From Parasitella parasitica NRRL 2501 (Eukaryota > Fungi > Mucoromycota): a stretch of DNA of 64,000 bases. A program made the position numbers and the translations under genes. The stretch covers positions 48,018 to 112,017 of the forward strand of contig MU619320.1 in NCBI GenBank assembly GCA_025201805.1, written 5' to 3'. The stretch's first letter is position 1; every line of letters starts with the position of its first letter. Positions 12,078 through 24,305 of this stretch are shown one piece after another. Below the pieces are notes generated by a model. That model saw only the letters and a program-made list of their open reading frames with translations. It was not told where the DNA came from and ran no database searches.

Positions 12078-13930
12078 TACGAGCTTTTTTTGCACCCCCC
12101 CCCCAACTACGGTGAAAAAAATCGACCTTCGTTCTATCGGGGGGGGGGGTGCATAGCGTGTCTGCAGCGAGCTGTCCCACTCAAGACAATGCTAAATCAA
12201 AAAAAAGTTTCAGTTTGTATAGTACTGTTGCGTGGACCGATATTTACCTGATATAGGATTTAAAACTAAGCGATTACTCAATACGAATATACAACACACA
12301 ACAGAGATATAACCAAAGCTACCAAAACTAATGGTTAAGGGGAAATAAAGACTCTTGTTTATTTGTTTAACTATGATAACTTATATAATATTTATATGGG
12401 GGGGGTGTTCTGATCGTTTGACTACTATGTGGGGGGGCAAAGAGACGACGTGGTATGCGCCACCACACAACAGTACAGTTTGCTTTATATATTTAAGAAG
12501 ATTGAAACACTTCAGTGTAAACTACATTTCTTGTATGGTTTTTGGAAAGCTCTTTTGATATAATGCTTTGCTTTGAGGAAAGTAAAATTTTGATTGATTG
12601 AGCGGATTTGACTCTTGATAAAGCAACGTATAATTGGCCATGGCTGAATACTGGATTTGGAGGATATAGACCTATTTTTTCAAGCGTTTGTCCTTGTGCT
12701 TTGTTGATAGTCATAGCGAATGCAAGACGGACAGGAAATTGACAGCGCTTAAATTGTATAGAATCAGTTTCAGAGGAGATCAATTTGATCTTGGGTATAC
12801 ATGTGACTTTCCCATGAGAACCTGTTGCTATTGTTGCTTCTATAATGTTGCCCAGTAAAGATTTGCCAATAAGCCTTGTTCCATTGCATAATCCGCTTGC
12901 TGGATTTATAATTCTGGGAAGCATTATAGGACACCCAACTTTCAAAGACAACAGATGGGGTGGCAGCGAAGCTGACTCAAGTGAATTTAAATATTCAGGG
13001 GGGCAAAGCAAAGCTTGATTATCGTAACATATGACATCTGCGCTATGGTAGTTAACTTGTTCACCAGGGAATTTAGCTATCATTATGTTGTTGATTTCAG
13101 TTACATCACTGTTCTTTGGCGTCAATATACTATGGTTGATAAAAGTCATGCTGTTGTCCATAGTTAGTAAGGTGTTGCTTAAATTAGGAAATAGAGATGA
13201 AGAGGATTTGAAATTCTCTCGCCCGGGATAAGCATATGATCGGCAATTCGTATATAATCAGTATTGATGGTGCCTCCATTATTGTTACTTTGATCATGTA
13301 TTTTGAGAGTTTCAAAGCGGCCATCACCAATTGACAAAAGCATGTCTGCAAATTATTGCAACTCAATGGACAAAGAGATGTTGTTGCTAATCTGGGCTTG
13401 TTGTACTCTCATATTTATCCTCAACTTTTTCACTTGAACATGATGCCAAAGAAAAGACCTGTTAATACATTGATTGACCACATCTGATCTACCCCCTCTG
13501 GGCACCACCGGTAGCACCTGGCGAAAGTCTCCTCCAAATACTATCAATCTACCACCAAACGGAACTGACTCCAGATTTCGATTAGTTTTACCAAATATAT
13601 CGCGAAATGTCCTATCGAACGCTTCAAAGGTTGCTCTACTGATCATTGAGGACTCGTCCCAAAGGATCGATTTGGTGTTTCGGATTAAATAAGCAAGCTC
13701 TGAGTTGGGTTTTATATTAAACATGGTCAGTGAATTAGCGAACAATGGGATCTTGAAAGTTGAATGGGCTGTTCTGCCGCCATTTAATAGTAGTGCTCGA
13801 AGCCACCGATAGTGCCAATCCGTCTTGAGCTGACCTTGTTGCATTAAAAATCGCATTGAATAGGTAAGTTATACCTGTTCCTCAGAATCATCAACAAAAA
13901 AAAACCTCGTAATGTTGATAACATTAGGCT
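12078..13930 (-). mobile_element. Degenerate Helitron: PIF1 helicase pseudogene plus 3' terminus
   Basis: Frameshifted PIF1 motifs: decayed Walker A GTGITYLFNA (~13860-13900), GGRTAHSTFKIP, ILWDESSM, PFGGRLIVFGGDFRQVLPVV, LRINMRV, ILTPKN, GLCNGTRL, QFPVRLAFAMTINKAQGQTL, VFSHGQLYVALSRV and the Helitron-typical end TRNVVYTEVF*. Structured terminus at 12078-12201. No Rep (HUH) domain is visible. Confidence 0.85.
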
Positions 13931-14089
13931 CTTCAGGTAAAAATAAAGGATCTATACGATTAATTCGAGTGACATATCCCATCGGTGAATCACATAAAAC
14001 CAGTGAAAACTTGTTCTCTACAGGAAGATTTATGAACACTAACAATTAGTATATCGACAAATGTAAAGATCATATAAACCATCACTTAC

Positions 14090-15520
14090 CGAACATGAGA
14101 AAGCCAACAAGAATAAATTTACGTCAATAGATTTGGCTCTGTTTTATGCAAGAAGTATATCTCCTTCTGATTGGTCAGTCAATGGAAAATGATTGTATCT
14201 CTACAAAGAGTATTTCGTATCCATTCAGAAGCAGGGCATTCCAATTCTTGATTTAATTTGTCTTTTCAATGAGATAGAATCAGTAGGTTTTTGCAGAGAT
14301 TCAATATACTCTTTAACGTTGGGAGGTAATTCAACTAGGTGTTTCATCTTGAGGTTTTCAATTTCATCAATCTCTTCTTCGGCCAAGTACTTATTCCTGT
14401 TGATATCGCTTAAGTCTAATATCATTGAATGGACTGGACTAGAAAAAAAAAAACTCATCAGTATGTTCTTTAAGAATATTGCGCAGTACTTACTGTTCAT
14501 AGGTACATAAGAGCAAATTCTTCTATCTTTTTTTCCACAATAGTACCGGTCGATAACTTCCACATCTTGCTCTTGTTTAGAATAACGAAAAATAGACAGA
14601 AAAATACCATTAGAACTGAATATATTTATTTCGCTATTCCAAGATTGAATGAGGATTTTCACTAGTGTACGTTTTGAAGGTATTTGTCGTTATTCAACAG
14701 TGCCGCAGCAATAGGACCATGATCTAAAATGAGGGATAATTGAGTACGCCTTGAACCAATTCCTCCGAGCTTGGTGGGTAAGTGTTTCCGAAATATCAGT
14801 AAAACAAGAGCACAGATGCATATAAAGGATAGAATGTTCTTCATAATAGTTTTTAGTGGAAGAACATTCATCAGGGTTTAACGCCGACTTCAGGAACCAA
14901 ATGTCATAGGATATCACCTCTCCCGTACTGGATAAAGACCAGCCATTCAATGGCACTACTCATGTCTCTTTGCCATGTCTAAATAAAGCCATCACCTTCT
15001 ACTACGCTTTCCTACTCATGCTCGCTTTGTGAGATGTATTATACTCTGTATAATACATTACCGCTTAGATTTGATCTGTATCCTCAACAGCCCTCATTCA
15101 TATTGTTGGACATGTGCTTGACTATTTCTTTATCATCTGGAAATAACTTCAACTGTTTTCTTGATCTGCAAGAAGAAGAATCAGAACTAGTTGTTATTGT
15201 AAATGAGGATAATTCACTAGCACTACTACCGATGTTTCCGGAGGGGTGGGGGTGCATTGTGACTAAGACCAAGTCTTTTGTTGTCAATTGCCATGGCAAT
15301 ATATTCCCAACTAGGTTTAGTTTTGCCCCAAGAAAAGAAAATGAATGGTTTGGAAACTTTTTACAGAAAACAAACTTACGCATTTAATATTCAAATCATT
15401 CAATACTTTTGATATTCTGCTATAACATCCAGTTTTATACGAAGATTGAAGTCGCGTTGTCGTAAGATTTTACAATGCAGCTTGTTAATTGTTCACGTAT
15501 TTTAGTTGTATTGATAGGCA
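14090..15520 (-). pseudogene. Degenerate intron-containing gene of a Mucoromycota-expanded family (possible restriction-endonuclease-fold/Crinkler-like C-terminus)
   Basis: Broken frames give GWSLSSTGEV..., PVHSMILDLSD..EEEIDEIE..ELPPNVKEYI..FPLTDQSEGDIL, a pattern I associate with multicopy Mucorales/Glomeromycota proteins. Many stops are present and the family assignment is from recall only. Confidence 0.35.
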
Positions 15521-15696
15521 TTCGAATAGAGCCTGTTGTATGAATTATAGCTTTAATTCCTATTTTAAATTTTAGCAGGAGTGTCCTATTTAACTATATC
15601 AATTACCTCTTACTCCCTTCTTTTTCAAGTCAAAACGCGTCGTTTAGTAAGGACATTGGTAGTTACATTAAACAAAGCGTAAGTCTTCTGAGAATA

Positions 15697-17095
15697 TTTT
15701 TTTTTATAGGGGAGAACTCCAGTTTTATTTAAAGTCACCTATTATAGAGGGAGACGAGAGAAAGACGATATATACAGTAGGAAACGAAAATTAAGGTGGA
15801 GAGCCGTAGGATAGTTGAGAGGAGAGGGTGGCGACTAGGCGGTGAACATAGACTAAGACTAATTCAGGATTAAACGGCACATGCTGAAAGACTTGACGTT
15901 AGTGGGCAGACCAGATAGCCTGTTGAATATATGCAAAGACTTGGAAGCAGATTAGAACAGGAAAAAGTAAGTGTTGAGAGCGGTCAAAGGTAAGGTCGAA
16001 GCAAAGGAACAAAATTTATTCCTCCTGCGAAGAGAAGGGATCGGGGAGAGATGTAATATGAGAGGGCACAAAGAGTTTGGGCGGATAGGAGAAAAGAAAA
16101 TAATGGGTATCTTTGACGAGAGGCGGTGTGGTAGAAGAAGAGTGACAATGCGGACAGAAAGGAATGAACTAATCCGGAAGGAAGTGGCGAAGCTTACGAT
16201 GAGTAGTTACTTTTTAATGAAGAATACGGAACCAAGTGTTGCGTATATTTAACGGGATCTGAAGAGCCCAAAACCGTTTCCGTTTGCTAGCAGGTAACAA
16301 AGGACGATGAGATGACTGATCTACAGAACGAAGAGGAAGACATTTATAAGCGCGATTAGTAGGTAAGGAAAGTATAACAGAATGGGAACTGAAGTAGAAG
16401 TTAGTAGACATGAGGGAGAGTAAGATCGAATGGAGATGCGCAATGTTAGATTCAGAAGTATCGATGACAAGAAAAGGAAAATCGGTGCGGACGGGACGAG
16501 GAACATTGGGGAGCATATATACAGAAGAAAGGTGATCAGGAGAAGCTGATTAGAGTGAAGCGGTTGAATGGCACGGCGACTGGAAATGGGATGGAGAAGG
16601 TTAGTAACAGACTAACCAAGATGTAAGGAGTGTGTGGGGACGTCAAAGGAAAGAACATTGGTACCCGTAAGGCGAAGAACACCGGGATAATGGATCAGGA
16701 CGCCGACAGGAAGACGGAACGAGGAAGCCAAAACATGTGACGGAGGGAGAGCTTATTCGAGAAGGGCAGAGAAAGGAAGGCGTAGACAAGTCTCCACGAA
16801 GACGTGACAAACACCAAGCCTCCGCTCAATGGCATCAGCTGCGCGAAGAAGATTAGTCAGAGGGGACAATTCTACCTGAGGCAACGGAGGACGACAAGCA
16901 GAAAACAGAATTGACCAGTGATAGGAGGGATAGGCGGCTTTGGCTAAGTGTTAGACGTAAGTAAGGCAAGGAAGGTTTGTGATAATTGGTCGGATTGGTA
17001 GGATTGAGGAGATAATGGAACCAGCGCCATTGAAGAGCGTTGGCCTGGTAAGAGATTCAGGCCCCTCTGAACAAGAGGGAGGGTCAATTTAGCAT
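15697..17095 (-). mobile_element. 5'-truncated L1-like non-LTR retrotransposon (RT C-terminus/zf-RVT, poly-A tail)
   Basis: Minus strand gives LTLPLVQRGL..QANALQWRW, then RFWALQIPLNIRNTWFRILH*KVTTHRKLRHFLPD*FIPFCPHCH..DTHYFLFSYPPK (zf-RVT pattern). AATAAA and an A-tail follow (T run at 15697-15705). The region shows strong purine/pyrimidine strand skew. Confidence 0.8.
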
Positions 17096-17338
17096 TATGG
17101 TCGACGAAGGCAGCTCCAAGTTCTGGGAATAATTACACCTTTTACAAAAATAAATGGCACACACTGACACTTTTTCTTATTTTTTCGTTTTGGCACACAA
17201 ATGAATTTAATAATGGCACACACACTGGATAAAAGATCGTAAAAATTAAAGAGTGGTTCTATCGTTATTAACAATCGAACAAAAAAAAATACTTCTACTT
17301 CTGACATACTCTTATTTTATTTTAATAAGTTTGAAAAC

Positions 17339-17760
17339 ATGCTTTTAAAAGTCTATTTCAAAGACGATAAAGAAATTGCCATGGATGAGTATGGTTTAAA
17401 GTCAATAGAAATGGAAGTAGACGAAGAAGCATATCCGTTATATAATATTACCAATTATGATTCACATTTGGACTTGAAGCTATCTGAAAAAAAAATAGAA
17501 CCGAAATTTAAAAAGACCACAGTTTCTAGGGTTTAAACGGATCAAATACCAAAGAAGTATACCGCGAAAACGATGTTAAGAAATTCAACTTTTATGTTTA
17601 CGAGAGGAGCTTGACTGCTCGTAAAGCAGCGAGTTTGATGAACATCCCTTGTAAAACCGGTTACAATAGGCCTCAGAACGACCAAAAGAAGCTCATCAAT
17701 AGACTAGAAGGAAAATCGATGACAATGATGACAGTTTGACAGAAAAGAGCAATCATTTAT
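17339..17760 (+). pseudogene. Mucorales Tc1/mariner-like transposase N-terminal remnant
   Basis: VYFKDDKEIAMDEYG..IEMEVDEEAYPLYNITNY is followed, after a frameshift, by the HTH-like ERSLTARKAASLMNIPCKTGYN. This resembles the N-terminus of Mucorales IS630/Tc1 transposases. No DDE domain follows. Confidence 0.55.
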
Positions 17761-18316
17761 TTCATGTCTCGTTTCATATGCACATATTTTACTTATAATT
17801 TTCTAAAATGTTACGTATTTCTGAAAATGAGGATGTACTTGGCTTAACACCGACTTCTCGAAAATCATCAAACTGGAATGGAACTAAAAAAACCAACCAA
17901 AGCATTTGTTAACTCCATTTCTTCTTATTTTGCTTTATTCTTGTCACTTTATACTCTGTGTTGTATTTTTTTTTTTTTGAGTTAATCAGTATCTTGATTT
18001 CATTTCTTAACAACCCTTTTGTGCAATGTATGCACCTTTGCCAAAACAATAATGAATGTCGTATCCAACTTTCATCTAGTCTTTTTTTCTGATATGTACC
18101 GATGCATTACGAATGCGTTCGCTGATCTTCGTGCTTTGGCTGACTAAGGCGGGATCACATAACAACTCTAAATTGACAGAGTACACAAACAAGCTCCGCC
18201 CATGGCAAATTAGCTATAAACCCCATATATGCTCTCACATGTGAAATCGATTCAATCATTTGAAATAAAATGAAAGACTTTGACAACTGAAAAGAAGAGC
18301 AAAGGACCCTTTATTT

Positions 18317-19338
18317 TTAGTTGAACGGACAATACAAACCTCCCTCTTCGGGAGGGCGGATTGTAACAACAGAAGACCAGACAATACCCGTGATATGAAT
18401 GATTGCCTATTATTACAGCATTAGTTTAGAAACTACATTTAAGCCATCCAAGTATATACCTGCCTGCATCGTCACGTTCAAGGCTGGTGGTTCTGTTGGC
18501 ATTTGAGGTCCACACGCATTATATAGGTTTTTGAATGTAGTATCGTTAACATTTGGAGGCTCGTAGTCTACACGAAACACAAGCGTTGCCATCGACTCTT
18601 TATTCGGAGCTAAATGCATTGGGCCTGTACGCGACCATGCAAATGGTTGATGTGTATCGCGATCCATCAAGATCAATTCAATGTCTTTCACCCGAGTTGG
18701 CACAAAGTTTGCATGATTGTCCAGCGTCACGTTCAACCTCCAAGCTGCTCTCAACCAAGGCTGTTGGTTAGGTCCCCAATCTGCAGGTTTGCCAATCCGC
18801 TCTGCTTTTTCGCTCTTAAATGCCAACTGAGGTATTCGAGGCCAACAAAAGTATACGATCAGGCCCAAAATCCCAAATATGCCCAGGCACCCAAAAGCAA
18901 ATATCCACGCTTTGTTTGTATTATCTCTTTTCTTGTATTGTATTTTATCAGCCAGTGAAATGTGTGGTGAAGCTGATTGATTGTGGTGTGAATGAGCTGT
19001 ATTGTGGTTCACATGCTCTCCGTTGATCATGTCAACTGGATGGCTGGCCGACGCAATGGTTGCTGTATCGTCATCTTCCACGTATAGTTCTGCCCTTGAT
19101 TGAACAAAGTCTGGCGCATGATTCGAATAGGGCAGATATGAGTTTTGTCTTCCTGGTTCGGGTTGAAAAATAAGCTGTGTAGTCGATTTGGGCGTTGTGG
19201 GTGAGTTTTCTACGCATATTTGATTGTTTAGAGGTACAAACTAAGACCTTGTCTGACTAATACCTATTCACCTTTTGTAGAAAGCCGTCTATTGCGATAT
19301 GGGTCCGCTTGTATTGAATAAAGAGATGTTGGACGCAT
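18317..19338 (-). CDS. Single-pass membrane protein, LEA_2/NHL-like (hypothetical)
   Basis: Three exons: a disordered N-terminus, one TM ending YFCWPRIP, then LNVTLDNHANFVP..FKNLYNACGP..., ending GGLYCPFN*. Confidence 0.7.
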
Positions 19339-19804
19339 AATACAAGATATGGAGAGAAAGAAGAAATCAAGAAGAAAGAAGATGACTATCTCCTAATTGT
19401 ACACTGTACATAAAATACAGAATATGTACAATGACTTTCTTCTCCTCCTTCCTTCTCCCCCTTCCTTCTCTTCCCCCTTCTTTCAGCATGGAGGAGACAA
19501 GCATATTCAGTTAAAAAAGATAATGAAAGTATATGTTTGGTCATCAATACAATTAGTTTCCAGAATATAAGTTTTCAAAAATACGTTAATGTATATGCAT
19601 CGATGTTAGTAACGCAACTACAGATGCTCTCTACATATTACTTTTTTATTTTTTATGAACAATTACGGTTACGGTTAAGATTACGGTTTATTTTTTTCCT
19701 TCAGTTGTTGAATCTTAATGAGTCTTCCAACAAAATTAAAGCCTGAAAAAGATCTAATGACCACAGAAATCCTAAGAGATCCTAAAGTTCGCTGAATCCC
19801 TAGA

Positions 19805-20260
19805 CAATTATTTTATTAGAAATTGCGAATGGAAAGACGGTACACGCTCCGACATGTTTCTTTGAGCCAAAGAACGCTCTCTCAGATCTTCCTCCTCAAA
19901 TCGTGGAGATTCAGCATACAATCAACAAAGCATTCATGAAAAGAGCTGTCAATTATTGCTTTGCAGGCGTCTACAAGATACTGTAATAATCTATTATTTG
20001 TGTAGAGAAGTTTAATCAAGATACATATGAACATATGAAACTAAGCAAGCTGACAGGTGTCTTCTCATATTTTTCACATCCATGGGCCGAACACTGCTAC
20101 ATTACTGCTGAAGAAAGTATCAAAGATAGTCTCTCGATCCCCTTGAACCTTAGTTGCACTTGGTTCTTTTTTTTTAACGAACGTATTAGTCTTTCACCAA
20201 CAGATCATCCATCCAAAAAATGATCCAAAAATTCAATATTTATACATCTCTGACATGTAA
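19805..20260 (+). pseudogene. Remnant of a multicopy Mucorales PD-(D/E)XK-like nuclease gene
   Basis: EWKDGTRSDMF..PPQIVEIQHTINKAFMKRAVNYC..HPWAEHCYITAEESIK carries a D...ExQ spacing typical of the REase fold. The reading frame is shifted. Confidence 0.45.
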
Positions 20261-20867
20261 AGATTGTAGCTGTATGTATTTCTGGTTACACATTTAACAG
20301 TAAAAGATAGGTAATCAAGCATTGTTACATGTCATCGTAAATTTAATTTTACATTATTTTACATACATTCCTCTCTAGTGTATATGTATATCTATTACAG
20401 AGAGCTCGTCCTTTCACACGATTTATATTATGTTATCGAATAGTATCCCTTTTTTTTTTACAGTTGGCAAACATACTATCTGTCAATATTTAAACAATAC
20501 GCACTCTCGTATTGGCACATATAACCTCAACAATATCCCAACATCAAATTAACATCATAAACAAAGATGTACAACGTTCATTTATGGAATAAAAAGCATA
20601 GTAGCTGAATAAAACCGTAAACTGTCATCACTGTTTTCATAATCTAATTTTGAAGGAAACGAGGATTATATGCTTGTCTTACAAACTCTTAATATATTTG
20701 ACACAAATTTTCATTATAACTTATAGTATGTAGGTTAGTCAATCAATTTGTAGGGTATGGTTTACATTGAGATGGCTTTTTTTTGTATTTAAAAGTGTAA
20801 ATCAACTATCTCTCTTTTTCTCTCTCTTTCTTTTTCAAGTATTTACAGAATATAACAAATCATGCTT

Positions 20868-22092
20868 TTATCTTTTAACAGGTGGTCGAGGTTTGGCGTC
20901 TTCATTGTTCACAGCATGCAGCATTAGCTTGTTGATTTGCCCTTCAGAGGAATGAAATTGATAGCCCTACATAATTTAATAACATAGTGTAAGGAATTTT
21001 CTTCTTTTTCCAGTATGAGCAATACCTTTGTCCAGTCGTAACTAACAGCATAAGCAAAAATGTTGCCGGAACGATTGAAAGCTGTACAAGCAATTGTGCC
21101 ACTTGATTTCGGTAATGAATTTAATCTCTGCTTTGAATCCTTATCCCAGAAACTAATCGTGCCGTCTGCGCCAGCTGTTGAAAAGGTACCGTAGGTAGGA
21201 TGGAAGGAAATGTCATTCACAGAGTACACATTTTTTGTTTCATCTCGATGGCATTTGAAGGAGAAGCATTTGGCCGCTTCCTTGTCATCAATATACTGGA
21301 TACCAACACGACCTTCAATAGATCCTATAGCATAACCCTTTGCATCAATAAAACAGGATACAGTCCTCGTTTGCCATTTAAGTGGAGATATGGATTCTTT
21401 GTAAAGTGTTGTGGGGTTGCTCAAGTTGAAGATACATATTTTTCTATCAGCAGTGGCCGCAACCAAAAGATCTCCTTTTGTGTCCATCGAATAACATCTT
21501 TCGCCTAACTGTACTGTACCAACGGGTTGTGGTGATCGTAAATCCCAGTATTTGATAGTTTTGTCCCAACTTCCTGTGGCTAAAATGTTGGGCTGCTGAT
21601 CAAGAAATTTCACGCATCGGATAGGTTCATCGTGAGCTGCTACCTGTGTTGCTTGTCCTGTAGCTAAGTCATACTTACGTGCGGCTTTGTCAGCACCGCC
21701 TGATACAACCGAGCTACCGTCCTTGTGTGGATGATTAAAAGGTTAGAGGGAGAGATACTTTGTTCTTTGTGTGGCTCTTTTGATTGTACCTTGGACCAAT
21801 CGATGCAAAGCACAGGTCCTTCATGATTGTAAGACGCTTTGGGTACAGTTGGACCATTAGGCTGAACTTCGTAAAATCGAACCTAGTTTTGGTGGAATTG
21901 AATATAAGCACATATTCCTTATTTTATGCTACTTGCTGCGTTATCCCATGAAGAAACAGCTAAAATATCAGCTTGAGACGAAAACGTAAGGGCAGAGATG
22001 CCGTCAGAAGGAGGAGAGGCAATCTATTTGCTTGTTGACAACCTAGTCGTTTCCTTTCTTTGCAAACGTACCTCGAAGTCAGGAGCTTGCAT
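20868..22092 (-). CDS. RAE1: mRNA export factor Rae1/Gle2 (WD40)
   Basis: MQAPDFE..PPSDGISAL, ATGSWDKTIKYWDLR, SPLKWQTR, IGSIEGRV.IQY, FSFKCHR, FSTAGADG..FWDKD and FAYAVSYDWTKG. Confidence 0.95.
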
Positions 22093-23412
22093 CTTTCTTT
22101 TGTTGAATTACGTGATGTAAAATGTATTCTTTTCTAGACTGAAGCTCTCTACCTTCTCCTTCTTTCAGTTTGAACGAGTCACAACTAGGACATTGATCTT
22201 GACATGCAAGAACACAACATCTGCACCATCGCTTATAGTATTGGTAAAAAGATATAGTCATTGTATTTAGCGTAACAGCCATGGATTCGCGCTAGTACTT
22301 GCACGATTTATTGCAAACCATCTCTATTGCATAGTTTTACTTATAAGAGACCAGTTCTATAAGTCTCCACATCTGCTTTTAATATATCTGCACCATTGGT
22401 GACATGTAGAACGCATTACAAATGCCAAACTAAAACTGATGAGATGCAGTACGTAAATTCGTACCTATGGTGTATTATTGATTTATTTAGGTATTTTATC
22501 ACGTACCGTATATAGTATAAAATTCGGTCTTTTACCGTTTTTGAAACATGGCCGAATAGAGTTGCTGTAAAAACAGGAAAACCTCAAAAGATCCAATTCC
22601 TTTGGCGAGTGTAAAACCCAAGTCTTTGTTTATTACAGTTATAATTTTTTTACTTGGAGGTATACCTCTTATTAACGAAATTCACTTGGCTAAATTACAT
22701 TTTATACGTTGGAAACAATTAAAGGGGTACATCTCTGTATCTTAAAGTAAGAAGATGGATCATTGCTTCAAATTATCAAGCGGATTTATTTATGTAACTG
22801 AAAACGTTGTGCTTCTCATTTACAAATTCTGAAAAGATGCTTTATTATCTAAATAGCCATAAAAAAACAATATAATTAAACCAGCACAAGCAGAGATAGG
22901 TGATCATAAGACAATCAACAAAATGATTATGAACATTAACATAAAGGATATTCAATTATACAAGTATCTTTATTGAAAATTAATAAAGCTGAATGATCTT
23001 AGCAATCAACCATAAAGAAAATAAGCCCACGTTTTAGAAACTGATTAACAAACGTTTCTGCATTTGATCGAAACAATGAACTTTGTCTACAAAGAAATCA
23101 TACAGCATGTTTGTTTACAATTGTAATTACCAAATATGATCATAACGCATATGGTAAACTTCTCCATGTAAATTGAGCAAGCATCTCAAATGCTAAGCGC
23201 ATGTGTCTTATTTGTGTCCGAGCTTCATTCATGATCTGCGAGACATGCAAAGTCCCGCTGACTTGGATTCATATATTCAAATGCAGGGAATTGCCCCACC
23301 TTCCTAAAATGTCGAACAAAAGAGACGGAATGAATATAAATTATAATTTTGAAAAGCAACCAAAATATGCGCAAGAACAAACGAAGAATACTGAAAAATT
23401 AATCAAAACAAT

Positions 23413-24279
23413 ATGGTAAAGAATCACTACGAAATATTTGGTCTGGAGAATCCTGAAAAGAGCCCATTGATCTTGATGATTCATGGAGCTGCGGGCGACC
23501 TGCACCACTACAAAACTGTCACTCCAGCACTTGTTGAAAAAGGCTATCGCGTCTTGCTTATGGACGTGCGCTATCATGGCTTGTCTCAGCTTGAAGAGGA
23601 TGAAAATGTTGATCCGGAGACGACTACCTGGACATTTGCCGAAGTTCTTCAGGACATTGACTCCATGCTCGACAAAATCAAGGAATGCCATTATCAAGAA
23701 ACTAAGGAAATCACACTGTTTGTGGCTGGCCTCTCTATGGGCGGTCTTACCACCTTGCTTTATGCCGAGAGAAGAGCAAAGGAAGAGAAGGAAGGAATCA
23801 AGTTGGCTGGCATCATCCCCATCGCATCAGCCATCCCACACTTGGAGATTACTCGCCCAGGCTGGGACCTTTACGCAGAAAGAAAGGCTACTCCAGAGAT
23901 TTTGGAATGGAGCAAAACATCCATCATTGCTTCTTCAATCACTCCAGAAGGTCAGGAAGAGACAAGACGTGCCATGCAGCTTATTTCAAACCATTCGCTT
24001 TATGAATGTCTCGTTGCCATTGGGTCAATGCTCCCTAACCCTTCTGACCCTCCAGTGCCCTATACGGCCGTCAATGTGCCTACCTTGCTGATTTTCCCTG
24101 ATCAAGATCCTTTAACTAAGCCCGAGATGGATCTGTTTTACAACCTGTGCAAAGAACAGAAGGTAGATGTTGAGAAGATCGAAATTAAAGACGCCGGGCA
24201 TATGGTCATTTTAGATCAAGGGCCCCAAGTTGGAAACCATATTACAAAATTTGTTGAGCGAGTCTTTGCCAAAAATTAA
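23413..24279 (+). CDS. Alpha/beta-fold hydrolase (serine hydrolase), intronless
   Basis: MIHGAAG, DVRYHGLS, nucleophile elbow GLSMGG, acid motif DQDP and His motif AGHMVIL in a single 288-aa ORF. Confidence 0.9.
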   Translation: MVKNHYEIFGLENPEKSPLILMIHGAAGDLHHYKTVTPALVEKGYRVLLMDVRYHGLSQLEEDENVDPETTTWTFAEVLQDIDSMLDKIKECHYQETKEITLFVAGLSMGGLTTLLYAERRAKEEKEGIKLAGIIPIASAIPHLEITRPGWDLYAERKATPEILEWSKTSIIASSITPEGQEETRRAMQLISNHSLYECLVAIGSMLPNPSDPPVPYTAVNVPTLLIFPDQDPLTKPEMDLFYNLCKEQKVDVEKIEIKDAGHMVILDQGPQVGNHITKFVERVFAKN

Positions 24280-24305
24280 CGCATTTTAATAAAGTCTCTT
24301 TTTAT

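Noticed and set aside
11750-17760. The two Tc1 fragments as halves of one interrupted element
   Set aside because: Both are on + but the C-terminal piece lies upstream of the N-terminal piece, which is the wrong order.
8800-18300. Centromere or pericentromere (gene-free tract containing an L1-like LINE)
   Set aside because: Only one short truncated LINE lies in under 10 kb, there is no LINE cluster, and I cannot recognise a centromere motif.
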